A DNA stretch of 64,000 nt from assembly GCA_951406725.2 (NCBI GenBank), contig OX597817.1, positions 27,652,001 through 27,716,000 of the forward strand, written 5' to 3'. The stretch comes from Octopus vulgaris. Its lineage: Eukaryota. Positions 52,114 to 64,000 of this stretch are shown piece by piece (the first letter of the stretch is position 1; the number at the start of each line of letters is the position of its first letter). Made by a program: the position numbers and the translations under genes. Under the pieces are notes generated by a model. The model was not told the DNA's origin, made no database searches, and worked only from the letters and a program-made list of their open reading frames with translations.

Positions 52114-52740
52114 CTTTAGAACTCTCATCTCCCACTTCCAGAGATAATTGAAGAAGTTTATGAGGACTTCGTCAAAGATGGAAGTATTCGTTCCTAGCTC
52201 TCGCAATTTAACCAACCATTCTTTTCTCATAGCCACTATACATAGGAAGCTGCCAATCTTCACAGTGGAATCAGTTCGTAGTCGCATTCATCAATCGCAC
52301 GGAGGGCGGCGAGCTGGCAGAAATGTTACCACGCTGGACGAAATGCTTAGCGGTATTTCGTCTACCGTTACGTTCTGAGTTCAAATTCCGCCGAGATCGA
52401 CTTTGCCTTTCATCCTTTCGGGGTCGATAAATTATGTAACAGTTACGCACTGGAGTCGATATAATAAAGTTAATCATTCTGTCTGCCCATTTTTTCCCCT
52501 CTGTATTTAGCCCCTTGTGGGTAGTAAAGAAATAGGTATTCATCAATCGCACGGTGACAGGTCTTTGGCATATCTCCACAGGGTCAGTAATGATCAAAAC
52601 CTGAATGAGTGCGTCGGGAACAGTTTCATCGCTTTCACTTTTATTCCAACAGGCCGCGACAGCACTGTTTGAGTTAGAATTGACAGAATGGTACATAGGA
52701 TCGCATTTATTCTATAAAAGGATACGAGCATTTCTAAAAT
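52114..52740 (-). mobile_element. Tx1/L1-like LINE ORF2 C-terminal relic
   Basis: DETVPDALIQ (degenerate zinc knuckle), FLCIVAMRKEW, LINFFNYL. Confidence 0.6.
52303..52537 (+). mobile_element. SINE family C with 17-bp TSD
   Basis: TSD attcatcaatcgcacgg at 52286-52302 and 52538-52554. Confidence 0.9.
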
Positions 52741-52804
52741 GATTATTCTTCCACCAAATATTAAAAAGGGAATTTTTATTCTATTCACTTATACGTTTGC
52801 ATAT

Positions 52805-53091
52805 CACCGTGACCGACCAGGCTATCAGATGTTGCGATACATCGCTGGTCACTGTTTTAGCCTTCAAATGACGCCACCCCGCTGGCTGAGAGAGCTGGCC
52901 AACAGAAGAAAAAGTGAAAGAAAGTTGTGGCGAAAAAGTACAGCAGGGATCGCCACCCACCACCTGCCAGAGCATCGTGGAGCTTTAGGTGTTTTCGCTC
53001 AATAAACACTCACAACGCCCGATCTGGGGATCGAAACCGCGATCCTACGACCGCGAATCCACTGCCCTAACCACTGGGCCATCGCGGATCC
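52805..53091 (-). mobile_element. SINE family B, tail type 1
   Basis: Matches 35918-36228. Confidence 0.88.
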
Positions 53092-53593
53092 ACTTTTGCA
53101 TATAAATATGCATAATTGTGAAACATTTCCATCCATATCGCTCTGAGTATGTAGATAATACGTGGGATTTATTGAATGCACAAATATTTAGGCATATATA
53201 TTTATGCGTACACTTAATAAGTACGCATGGCATATTCGCATATACATTCTCTAATTTCAAAACCAGATATATGCATCAGAATGAATTTTAAGTGATTGTT
53301 TAAAAAAACAACTTGAATATATCTGATTTTGATTTGAATACTAAGATTCGCCCACTGTTCATATGACATCTATCCCAGCAAGACTGAAAAAATTTCATGT
53401 GCGTGAAGCCAGCAGCTTGCAGATTGTGCTTTAGTGGTTATCATGAAATCGAACAAATATGCACTGATAACGGTTTTCAAAGTACGATCCTCATATATAC
53501 ATGTATATACACGAATATGTAATATATGTGTATATGTGTGTGTATTTATATGTGTACATGTACATGTAAATATATGTGCACGTGTGTGTGTGT

Positions 53594-53649
<56 letters not shown>

Positions 53650-54885
53650 GTATAACCATAAAACCATGTGGACAATAATATTATACATATATGTGAGTTT
53701 GTATTTGCATATTCACTGAGAGGAAAAATGTGGGAGTGAGAGAGGGAGGAGACAAAGAGAGTTTAATAACGTTTAAAAATCTGGTTTAACTACTTCAGAA
53801 TTTATATTTGGTTTCTGTTATATACATTTATATATATATACATATATATATTTAAGTGATTGTGTGTGTACTTATGTGTATGTGTCTGTGTTTTTGTGTC
53901 TGTGTGTGCATCTGTGTGTATCTGTGTATATGTGACTGTATGTATCTTTTTGTCTTTGGCTGTGTATATGTGTTTGTGACAAAAGAACAGTATAGGATAC
54001 TGATCGTATGAGCAGACTATTGCGTGAAGGATATCTGTATATCTAAGTTCATTTATGAGCTTCCTTGCTTCCTTTCGTCGCTACACAATAGCTCATGATT
54101 AATATTTCATTTATTATTATTCTCTCGTCTATAATTCGTCTGTGGCATTCTTCCAGATTGCATTCCTTTTGAATCTAATACTCTTGCCGATTGAGAAAAA
54201 AGAAGAATTGGGCGCCAGTGAGATTACCTCTTACCTATATTATCTATTCCGGTCATAATTATAAAACGAAAATAATGTCGTGGTGGATTATTGGGGTCAA
54301 GTTATGAAATCTATCAATGATCCATGCATATTTGCATTGGATATTGTAAAAGCATGGTGATATTGCTTGCTTTTCAATACAGACGTTGTTCGCTGTGCAT
54401 TTAATTTAAGAGTATATAACGAAATAACTTGCAATAATGGAATCGACTGACGTAGAGGTTTTGAGTTATGGTTTCACTTTGTTCGCTGCGGTTGCAGAAA
54501 AAGAATGCAAAATAGAAGAATGACAAAAAAATATAGAATGAGCAGAGTGAGAGCGTAAGCACGAAGAGATTCAGAGGTTAGACTTTCAAAAGTACTCATG
54601 CTTTCAACAGCTATATATATATATAGGGATGGTATTATTAAAATACCATCACAAGTGGTAAGCGAATTATCAGCCGTACAGGCAAATTAATAAAATATAT
54701 ACATACAATATTAGATATGTACATATATACACAAGGGTACTACATGAGTACACATATCGCTAATGATAAAAGTCAAAAAATACTTCTGTACCACCGAATA
54801 GTCTTTAATCTAATAAAGACAAGGTAGAAAAAATATCAGTGAACAATAATAATGTCTTACCTCAAATGGGTCACAACAAGTAAAT

Positions 54886-54962
54886 GCTGGTCAACCTAGT
54901 ACCGGTTTCGAAATTTAGCGTCACCTAGGCGCGTCATTTCTCATCAGCTAAACTGCGCCAGC
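54886..54962 (-). ncRNA. Type I hammerhead ribozyme, fully canonical core with extended stem I
   Basis: GCUGG-cg-CAGUUUAG-CUGAUGA-GAAAU..AUUUC-GAAA-CCGG-UA-CUAGGUUG-a-CCAGC. Confidence 0.85.
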
Positions 54963-55099
54963 TAAATAACTACTAACATTCTCCCCCATCATGCCTGCGA
55001 AAGTTCGTTTGAAGTGACCAAGCACCGTACGAACAACCGTATATATATATACATGCAAATACACACTCACATATATGTATAATATTATTATCTACATGG

Positions 55100-55440
55100 A
55101 GCTACCCCAATGAAAACACAAATAGAGAGCGGTGTTCCACAGGGCACTGTCTTGGGACCACTGCTTTTCATAGTGGCCCTCTCAGATATGACCACTCTTG
55201 CTAGATAAGCAGACAATACAAAAGTCTCGCAGAAAATACAGAACCCCAGTGATGTTGCACATCTGCAGCAAGAGTTGGATTCAATTTACAGATGAGCTGA
55301 GGATATGCAGTTTAATGTTGAAAAGTTCCAAGCCCTGTGCTACCAGCCTCCAAAACTGAATATGAAACTTACAGGGTACACTGGCCCACAGGGAATTATA
55401 ATCCCAGAGCCTAAATCAATAAGGGATCTGGGTATCGACT
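55100..55440 (+). mobile_element. CR1-group LINE reverse transcriptase fragment
   Basis: SGVPQGTVLGPLLFIVALSDM...ADNTKV...LQQELDSIY.*A..MQFNVEKFQ. Confidence 0.85.
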
Positions 55441-55674
55441 GTCAGCCTACTCCCTCGATTTCAACACGTTGTGTAATATAAAAGTAGAAATGTTATCATA
55501 GTTTGATGATTTAGCGTCTATTTTCAGCATACGCATGGTTTCTTTTATGCCCTTATTCCTAATTGTATTCTTTGGGTATTCTTTCATCATTTTCTGACGG
55601 CATAGCCAGAACAGCGCCATTGGGCCTGCGTAAGGGAGTGTATTAGTTTTACACACGAAATGGTGAGAAAGTAT

Positions 55675-55708
55675 TTTATATTTCGAGCCTACGCTCTTCA
55701 ACGAAAAG
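55675..55708 (-). ncRNA. Minimal hammerhead motif (A6U family), degenerate
   Basis: UUU-UCGUUGA-A-GAGC guag GCUC-GAAA-UA-UA-AAA. Confidence 0.5.
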
Positions 55709-57902
55709 GAAATAAAGAGAGAGATTAAAAATAAAGTGGATTTAGTGGTAGACTTCCTTCAATTTCTTTCTAATATAAATGCATGTGTGTATATGTACCT
55801 ATATGCATATACATACATATATGTATATGTATGTGCATGTGTGTGTGTATGTGCTTATAAACATACACACACAATAAAAGATACAGTTTGTTAACTAAAG
55901 TCACTCAATATGTAACAAGACGAATATATATATATTTATTAACGCTGAATATCTGGGCGGGGACTAGAGTTTCATTAAAACGAACTTTCTGACGACCGGA
56001 AAGATTTAACTGCCGGTTTATGTAAAGAAATTTCTTACCATCTCTAGTTATCGCTTCCTTGTTTATATGTATACATAATATTCTTTAACTTCGAGGAAAA
56101 TTGTATCCCATCAGTTCTCATTGGAGTGCTTCACGCAGATATATTAAGCTGTTGCTACCTTACACATTTAGGTGTCACACTTTGCCACCAACCTTTGCTT
56201 ATGGTTGCGTAATTTTTATTATTTTGTAATCTTAATATCTTGCTTATATTATTGTTTAGGTGTGAAAATATATTTATGAATGTAGGTATCAAATTTATAT
56301 CTGTACAAATATATTTATGTATGCAGTTATTAAATTCATATTGACTTTAATATGTTACATGAATTCCCTGCTAAAGTAATTAACAAATCTAAACAATCAG
56401 ATAGTTTATCTTAGATAATAAGATTGATATCAATATACATAACGTAGCAAGACAAGACATTTTAATAAATTCAGATTCTATTGCTGATGTCAAAAATTAA
56501 TCGTCTTATATCTGGTTCTGGTTCTGGTCAAGAAATGGCTGAAGACGCAATGTCAGAATGCAAATTAATAAAAATTAAATCAATGTAGAAAGTAATGAGT
56601 AAGTTTGGTGTTCTGCTGTATAGTCACAAATAAGGAGATGAGGTAATCGTGGACATCGTCAGTAAAATTTATTGTTAGATAGTAAAATGGTCGTAGATCG
56701 TAAAGAATACAGGACTTTGCGACTAAACGCCGGATGTTGTTTTTGTTCTAATCCTGATACCAGTAAACGTATATAAACAGGATGACTAACTCAGAGAAAT
56801 ATTCGCCTTTTATGCTACGGCATTGATACATCGCAGATATTTCCAAATAGCGATCTTTTCGTTGGTTTCCTAAATACGGATACTATGGTTGGTTTATACT
56901 TCCAGTTTTCTATGGTAACATGAATAAAAAGTCTGTTGTATATAAAAAAATCCATCGTAGATTCGTTAGTGTTGAATCAGATTTCTTTTGTGTGGTTGAT
57001 GATGTGAATGTAAACTGATAATATTTTCATCCGCTGTTGGATGTGTGATGAATGATACTAGTTAAAGAAAGGATATGACTGTTCGGTATATACATTTTTT
57101 AGCTTGTTATTGATTCAATTCCATAAATACCTAGAAAAATAGAAGCCTTTATAACGCAGACAGAATTGTGTGCCTATGTATTCCACGTGACTCTATTAAT
57201 GCATTTCCAATGTACTTTCAGCTGACACGTCATTAGAAGGGAACAGAATAATATTTAGTAGGTATTATACACCCCACCCATCCATATATATGTGTGCGTG
57301 TGTAGTTACAGTTGGTGTTTATACTATAAACAAGTTTCGCAAGCCCGTTTTCGTATATTCTTCCTAGATTTAGATTAAGATTGCTAGCTGTTATTTCGTA
57401 ATGTGCTATCTATCTATCGGGATTAATTCAAGCAGAATTCTTTTTCGTATTCATCTCGCCGGAGCCATGAACAACAGCTTTCGTGGGTAATCATAGATAT
57501 GCAACCTGACTATGTCGAACACATAATTTGCCTATTGTGAATTTAACATTGGCGGGAGAAAATCATTTGCAGTACTAAAGTACATCCATATTCAATCTTT
57601 ATTTTTTTTTTCTCCTTCATAAACTAAAATGTTTACAGTTCTTACTTGTTGGTTCCCGTGTATAGCAACATTTCATTCTCATTTGGAAACTTCAGTGCCT
57701 CGTAGCTCGATGCATAAATTATTCAAGCTAAATTAAATATTCTACAAAGTTACTTCAAAAGAGAAAAGTAGGGAATAGTTCAGTCTAAATTTCTTTTTTC
57801 TGTTCATTGTGAATCGTTAAGAGCATATATATGTGCGAGTGTATGTATGTATGTATGTGTGTGCGTGTGAGTGAGTGTGTGTGTGTGTGTGTGTGTGTGT
57901 AT

Positions 57903-58350
57903 GGAGGTGCAATGGCGCAGTGGTTGTTAGGGAAAGAGACACGCGGTCGTAGGATCGCGATTTCAATTCCCACACAGGGCATTGTGATTGTTTATTGAGC
58001 AAAAACACCTAAGGCTCCACGAGACTCCGGATGTACCCTGCTCTCCTCTATCACCTCAGTTTCTCTCACTCCTTCTACCTATTTCTGTTGTACCACGCTG
58101 AATCTCCATTAAAACTATGTTATGGGTACACGTGTCTGTGGAGTACTCAGCCACCCTTGCACGTTAATAGACAAGCTGCGACGTCACTGGTGCCAAGCTG
58201 TATCGGCCTTTGCCTCGCCCTTGGATAACATCGGTGGCGTGTAGAGGGGAGGCTGGTATGCATGGACTACTGCTGGTCTTCCATAAACAACCTTGCCCAG
58301 ATTTGTGCCTCGATGAGTAACTTTCTGGGGGCAATACCATTGTCATTCAT
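57903..58350 (+). mobile_element. SINE family B, tail type 2
   Basis: Head ggaggtgcaatggcgcagtgg; tail as in the copy at 12247. Confidence 0.85.
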
Positions 58351-58353
58351 GCA

Positions 58354-58400
<47 letters not shown>

Positions 58401-58496
58401 GTAATCCAAACAAGAAAGCACAAAAAAAACAACAACGCGAGGACGTAGAACAAATATAGTATTATTGGACGCTCAGGAAAGAAGGAAAAAAGGAGG

Positions 58497-58531
58497 GTTT
58501 AACGTTTCGAGCGGAGCTCTTCGTCGGAAAC
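58497..58531 (-). ncRNA. Minimal hammerhead motif (U4C core, extra A)
   Basis: GUUU-CCGACGA-A-GAGC ucc GCUC-GAAA-CG-UU-AAAC, in a ~210-bp element between (TA)n tracts. Confidence 0.7.
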
Positions 58532-58601
58532 ATAGGAGAAGGAAAGATCCAAAGAACGGAAGACAGAGGGAAAAAATCGCTAACGGTACACACGCGGTCA
58601 C

Positions 58602-58639
<38 letters not shown>

Positions 58640-58706
58640 TACATACATGCATATATATATATACACGTATGTATATATATATTCAAAATGTGACCGCGTG
58701 TGTACC

Positions 58707-58742
<36 letters not shown>

Positions 58743-58768
58743 TTCTGATCACAGCCTGGAATCACAGC

Positions 58769-58821
58769 TAGTAGCCCGCGCTCTTAACATCTACGCCAGT
58801 TGTTAGGGGCGCGGGTTACTA
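58769..58821 (+). repeat. 21-bp stem hairpin derived from a tRNA-like sequence
   Basis: tagtagcccgcgctcttaaca / tgttaggggcgcgggttacta, three G-U pairs, 11-nt loop. Confidence 0.8.
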
Positions 58822-59873
58822 ATCTCAAGTAATATTTATCCCTAAATGTACCTCAATTTGTAGATGTTACAGTTTTATGATCAATTATATTGTAACATAA
58901 AAATCTAAAGGAAATGGATTTTATAATTACTTATAAATAATTTTTATTGAATTAAAAATGGGCACTGTACTTTAAGATGTTGCCATAAATATAGAAAGAC
59001 ATTCAAATATTTCAATTATTAATCATAATGATTTTCCTATACAAGGGTTTAATATACTGAGTAAATAGTTAATTATCACGACGTATACGATCACAGCTTC
59101 TATTAAGCATATTGTAGAACTCTTATCCGTAATTTTATATTCTTTTGTTAACCAGCGAAGTCATCAATAATTGTATGTATTATTAAGTAGAAGAATGTTT
59201 CAATTATTATATAACAAGGTTAATTCATGTAAACGACTTTAATATATAAAGTAAATAGGTAATTAATCATTGCAACGTAAAGTATCTAAGTTTCTGTTAA
59301 GCAGAATGTATATTTTTATACGTAGTTTTTATTTGAATTTTTGTCTGTAATATATATACTTTTTCATCTATCGACATCATTAATAATCATATATAAAAAA
59401 AACACATTTCTAATGTTATATTTTAAGTGTATTTTTGTATGTAAATTTCCAATTGTCATATTGCGTTTTTTATCTTTTATTTGGATTTTATCATTGGTAA
59501 CCCCGGAGTAAGTCTCCAATAATTGAATCACTTTTCTTAAATTCGTTTAAATTTTATTTTTATTCGACTTTGGATTCATCTTTATTTCTATTTTTATTTT
59601 TATTGTTATTTTTATTTTTAATGCTCAAATTATAATTCAATGACGTCGCTAATGGTTGAACGAATGAATGCCATAAGTTGAATTTGATTTAGGTGTTTAT
59701 TTTTGTTAGGGTTTAACTGCTGACATTTTTTCAGATGTTCAGTTGAAATTTCACGAATTTGGATTACCTTGATAATGTTGTATTAACATATATTTTCGAG
59801 GGTGTTCTCATTATTAATATTTTAAAATATTATCTATATGTATAAGTATATATGTATATGTGCATGTATATGT

Positions 59874-59966
<93 letters not shown>

Positions 59967-60086
59967 CGGTTCCCGACTGAAGATTAGAGGCTTCGAATGA
60001 CCCGTCTGTTTTTTTGTGCCGTCTCTTTGTGTGTTTTTGCGTTCTTGTCCCATTTTGTAATTTATATTTAATTTCTCTCTCTATAT

Positions 60087-60164
<78 letters not shown>

Positions 60165-61746
60165 TATATACATACATATATGTACATACCTACATATATA
60201 TGTATATATACACATGCATATATGAGTACAGAACATTAAAAAATACGTTGAACACAATGAGAACCGAAAGCAAAAAACAACATAGAAACCAACTTCTTTT
60301 CGAAGAACGAAGTGGAGTAGATGAAACCGGGACAACTGAAGAAGGGGAATATATACCAGAAGATTCTAGCACCCATACTTACGCTGGGGAATCGAAACTG
60401 CTCCCATATTTACGAAACCTACTTTCTACCTTTCGAAACGAAATCAATGAAACCAAAGAAGTAACGGTATTTCACTGTCGCAAACGCACAAGAAAGACGC
60501 TCTTTCCCGATAAAGAAAATGTCGCCTTTACTTGTCGATGCAGTGATTCTAAGTTTTGATTGCAGTTTATAATAAATGGGTGACTGTAGTTAATTTATAT
60601 AATAAAACACTTTTACTACATTAGTAGCTCTCCAAAGTTTAAAGACGTTAAACTAACTTCAAATAAGTAAAATGGAAGATGATGCAAGAAAAACAGCAAT
60701 GTAGACTAAGAACATTATGCTATGTGCTTTTACATTTACATGCCTATATAAATAGACTTGTATGCCCAGATGCATATATACACTTAGTTGGAAGGCCATT
60801 AACTAACGTGATTTAAGCTACCTATGTGATAGGGCTTGTTCTTGATCTCCAGTTCTATCAAAAAGAAAATCATCTTCCTTAAGTAGCAAGTTCCGCAGAG
60901 GTTCCGGTTTCCTTACCAACGATAAAAGAAATGGTCTAACCTTTATTCTATCCATTTTCCGTTCTTCCTTTTAAACACACACACACACACACACGCACAC
61001 ACGCATGCACATAAACACACACACACGCACACACGCATGCACATAAACACACACACACACACTATACACATATACACGTTAGATTTGACTGGGTAGAAGG
61101 AATTTCGTTGGTTCGCAAATATGTAGACAGAAACAAAGTGAAGGAAATAAGTAATATTGCTATTCGCTATTCCTTTAAATTTAAAAGGTTTTTTTCATAA
61201 TTTAACTTCAGTAAAATTAGAATGAGTACAAGTTTAACCTCAGTAAGGTTTATTAATATTGTAAAAAATAATTAAGGTTCTATAAAGTGACTGATTAGAT
61301 GACTGCCCCCTGGGAAATAGGTTTGAAATAACAAAGTGTTTCATAACTGTATACACGAAAAGTTGTAAGAGCGTATATGTGTGTATACTCATGTCTACAT
61401 TATTTTATTGTCATTATATATATATGAATGTGTGTGTGCGCGTGTATGAGTGTCGGCGGGTGTGCCTGTGTGCATGCAAGCGTACATATATAGATATACA
61501 TTTATATAAACATATATCTATATTAACAAATACATTTACATTTATTATGTACATGTGTATATAGGTACTTTTGCATATATATATCATAGGCAAAACATAA
61601 ATATATTCAAATGCATACAAATCCATATATAGGTGTCCGAAGTCAGGACGCCATGGCAAATCGTTAGCTACTACACGCATTTTTTCTCTCCTTTTTCCTC
61701 TCCTTTTTTCTCTCCTTGTTTCTCTCCTTGTTTTTTTCTGTGTATC

Positions 61747-61780
61747 TTTCTGTCGAAGAGCGTAGGCTCCAAACATAAAA
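61747..61780 (+). ncRNA. Minimal hammerhead motif (A6U family), G12C mutant
   Basis: ttt ctgtcga a gagc gtag gctc caaa ca ta aaa. Confidence 0.5.
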
Positions 61781-62358
61781 TATTTTTTCTATTCCTGAGC
61801 GCTATACTAATACATTTGTTTGTTTGTACTCCACCTGCCTTCGTCTTTTATTCACGTAGATATATATATATACGCGCGTAATACTTCTCCGTGTGTATTT
61901 CAAAAATGCAACAGAGTTGTTACAAGCTAGAGAAAGAAAACGAAAAGAAAATCAGAGTATAATAAGTAAAGGTAGAAAGAAAAAGAAGTGGTGAAAGAAA
62001 GAAAGCAGAAAGAGAAAATTATTATTATGTTATGGAAAGAAATGATTTCAAAGAACTAAAAGCATGTTAATTCAAAGAATACATTTAGAAACTCACCCTC
62101 ACTCTCATAAGCATATATAACTACACATATACTAATACATATTCCTACTTCAAACACACAGATACACACATTTGCTCTAATAGACGTTTACGATCTCCCA
62201 CTTATAAACATAAACAAACGTTCACATACATACTATGCCGGAATTAAATCCTGGGACACTTACGCAACATTTAGCTACCTTGTAATTATTCCCTTGGATT
62301 TTTCCTATTTGCACATATATTTGTACGTATGCTAACGTAGTTACTCGTCGCCAGTTAC

Positions 62359-62710
62359 TGTAGTGTCACCACTAATTATGACGATACTTGTTTACACTAT
62401 ACCGGGTAGTATGATAAAACATAATGTGGCAGGGTAACAACAACGTAACAATCCAACAAAATCTCCACCAAGTCTCCACGAACTCTCCATGAACCAACAA
62501 ACGATATTCTGGCAAACCACTACAAGGGCACCTTGCGGCTTCCTGTGATTAACGCCTACTCTCCCGTCTCTTACTCAGACCTTGCTAATTATAGTCATTT
62601 GGTCAAGACTATTCTCGGAGGGAGTGTCGTGAATCTCGCCACAGCATCATCCCTCTTGAGATTTCGACTTCCGTAGGAAACGAAATTTATTTTACTTTTT
62701 TTCCCCCACA
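62359..62710 (-). mobile_element. Ty3/Gypsy LTR
   Basis: Minus strand TGT...ACA, preceded by purine tract aaaatggtagagg and followed by PBS-like tggcgacgag. Confidence 0.7.
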
Positions 62711-62721
62711 CCTCTACCATT

Positions 62722-63860
62722 TTAATGAGTGCAGTACCTTTTCCGCTTAGGAATTATTTCTAAATATTCCGTCTGTTTACGTTTACTGCTACAGCTCCTT
62801 CTAGGTTCAATCTTTCTCGGTGCTGGAACATCGAACATGTCGTAAAACACTTCCATTGGGATTTCCTTTCTTTTTTCTGTATGATTGATTTTTAAATGAT
62901 TTAGATATCGTTTATGCTGCCATCGTTGGCACATTATTAAATACATCATGTTTCCAATTCTTTTAGTCACTGCACCATCCTGTCAACTCTCTTTACCTTT
63001 CGCGTATACATTGAAATGTACATTGTCTCTGAGATTAAAATGTTTAGTTGATTTTTTTGTATTTTCTCTATACGTTTTTTTTTACTTTGCCAACAATTTG
63101 TCGAAGATCGATTTAATGTTTCGAACGAATATTAGCACTGCAGACGACTTTCCTGGAATGGTATTCGGAATTAGTGTTTCGTCAATTCCTAACTCGTTCC
63201 TTGCATTTTGTAGCGCTCACTTTAACGTATCTACGAATCGTTGTGCTTGCCCTTTTGACCTCGGGTGGAAGGGTGGGGTAAACATGTGTTTCGTCACAAA
63301 CATTTTGCAGAATTTCTTGAACAGGTATCCTGTAAATTGTGTTCTATTGTCCAAAACTATGCTGTCGGGAATACCGTATCTAGCAAAAAGTTCGTGCAGA
63401 AACTTTACTGTTGCCCACTTGGTAAAGCTATTAACAATGATAAAGTATTAGGCGCCATTCACTGGTCCAGGTAGACTATATGTACCCGGGACCACGGACT
63501 ATCCCTCTCAGGCCACGATTGGTATTTCACCGGTGGTGCCTTGGCTTCTAGCGCACAACGTCTACATGATTTTACCAAATTTTCTATGTCCCGGTGTATT
63601 GTCGGCCAATACAGGTATCCCCGGGTTTCGACTATGAACTTCATGTAATATCCGTTTCTGTAGTGTAGTTGGTACGACCAATTTTTACGCGTACATTAAA
63701 ACATTGTCGTAGAGTGAAAACTGGTTTGCATTCGTGTTTCTCTTTTGTTTAATTTTCAAAGTTTCCTCTAATTCTATAACATACGTCTTCTGCTGATTTA
63801 CATTTTATAACTTGTACAGTGACTGTATGTCTCGTCATGCTTGCCATTAGACAGTCTCTA
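62722..63860 (-). mobile_element. Ty3/Gypsy pol fragment (integrase), frameshifted
   Basis: RGYLYWPTIHRDIENLVKSCRRC zinc-binding region; PWSRVHI; GIPDSIVLDN; FHPRSKGQAQRFVDTLK. Confidence 0.9.
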
Positions 63861-63875
63861 CACGGCGCGCGAATT

Positions 63876-64000
63876 TTTTTCTACTCTAGGCACAAGGCCC
63901 GAAATTTTAGGGGAGTGGAACAGTCGATTAGATCGATGCCAGTACGCAACTGATACTTAATTTATCGACCCTGAAAGGATGCAAGGCAAAGTCGACCTCG
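63876..64000 (-). mobile_element. SINE family C, 3' half, cut by the window edge
   Basis: ctaggcacaaggcccgaaatttt...tttatcgaccctgaaaggatgcaaggcaaagtcgacctcg. Confidence 0.88.

Noticed and set aside
59965-60010. CTGAAGA...TTCGAA in a TA-flanked fragment
   Set aside because: Lacks GAAA and correct stem II/III geometry.

Overview
AT-rich, microsatellite-dense, non-genic eukaryotic DNA. The SINE families, (TA)n/(CATA)n density and LINE content look like an octopus (coleoid cephalopod) intron or intergenic region; this is inferred from repeat recognition, not confirmed. No host protein-coding exon can be supported, and almost all listed ORFs are microsatellite or SINE artefacts. The window holds about 25 tRNA-derived SINE copies from three families. 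It also holds decayed R4/Dong-like, Tx1/L1-like, CR1-group and Penelope-like retroelements, mariner and piggyBac-like relics, two Helitron-like elements, a Ty3/Gypsy fragment, a 28S rRNA fragment and a tRNA-Thr-like pseudogene. The main unannotated signal is a set of about 12 type I hammerhead-ribozyme motifs, read by eye, mostly in short elements beside (TA)n tracts. At 12.7-13.85 kb two adjacent head-to-head palindromes each carry a hammerhead on both strands. One is built from a highly structured, ORF-less 361-nt unit with a 23-bp terminal direct repeat, consistent with a retrozyme-like (circRNA-forming) element mobilised by Penelope-like machinery. All folds and family assignments were made by eye and need computational and experimental checks.
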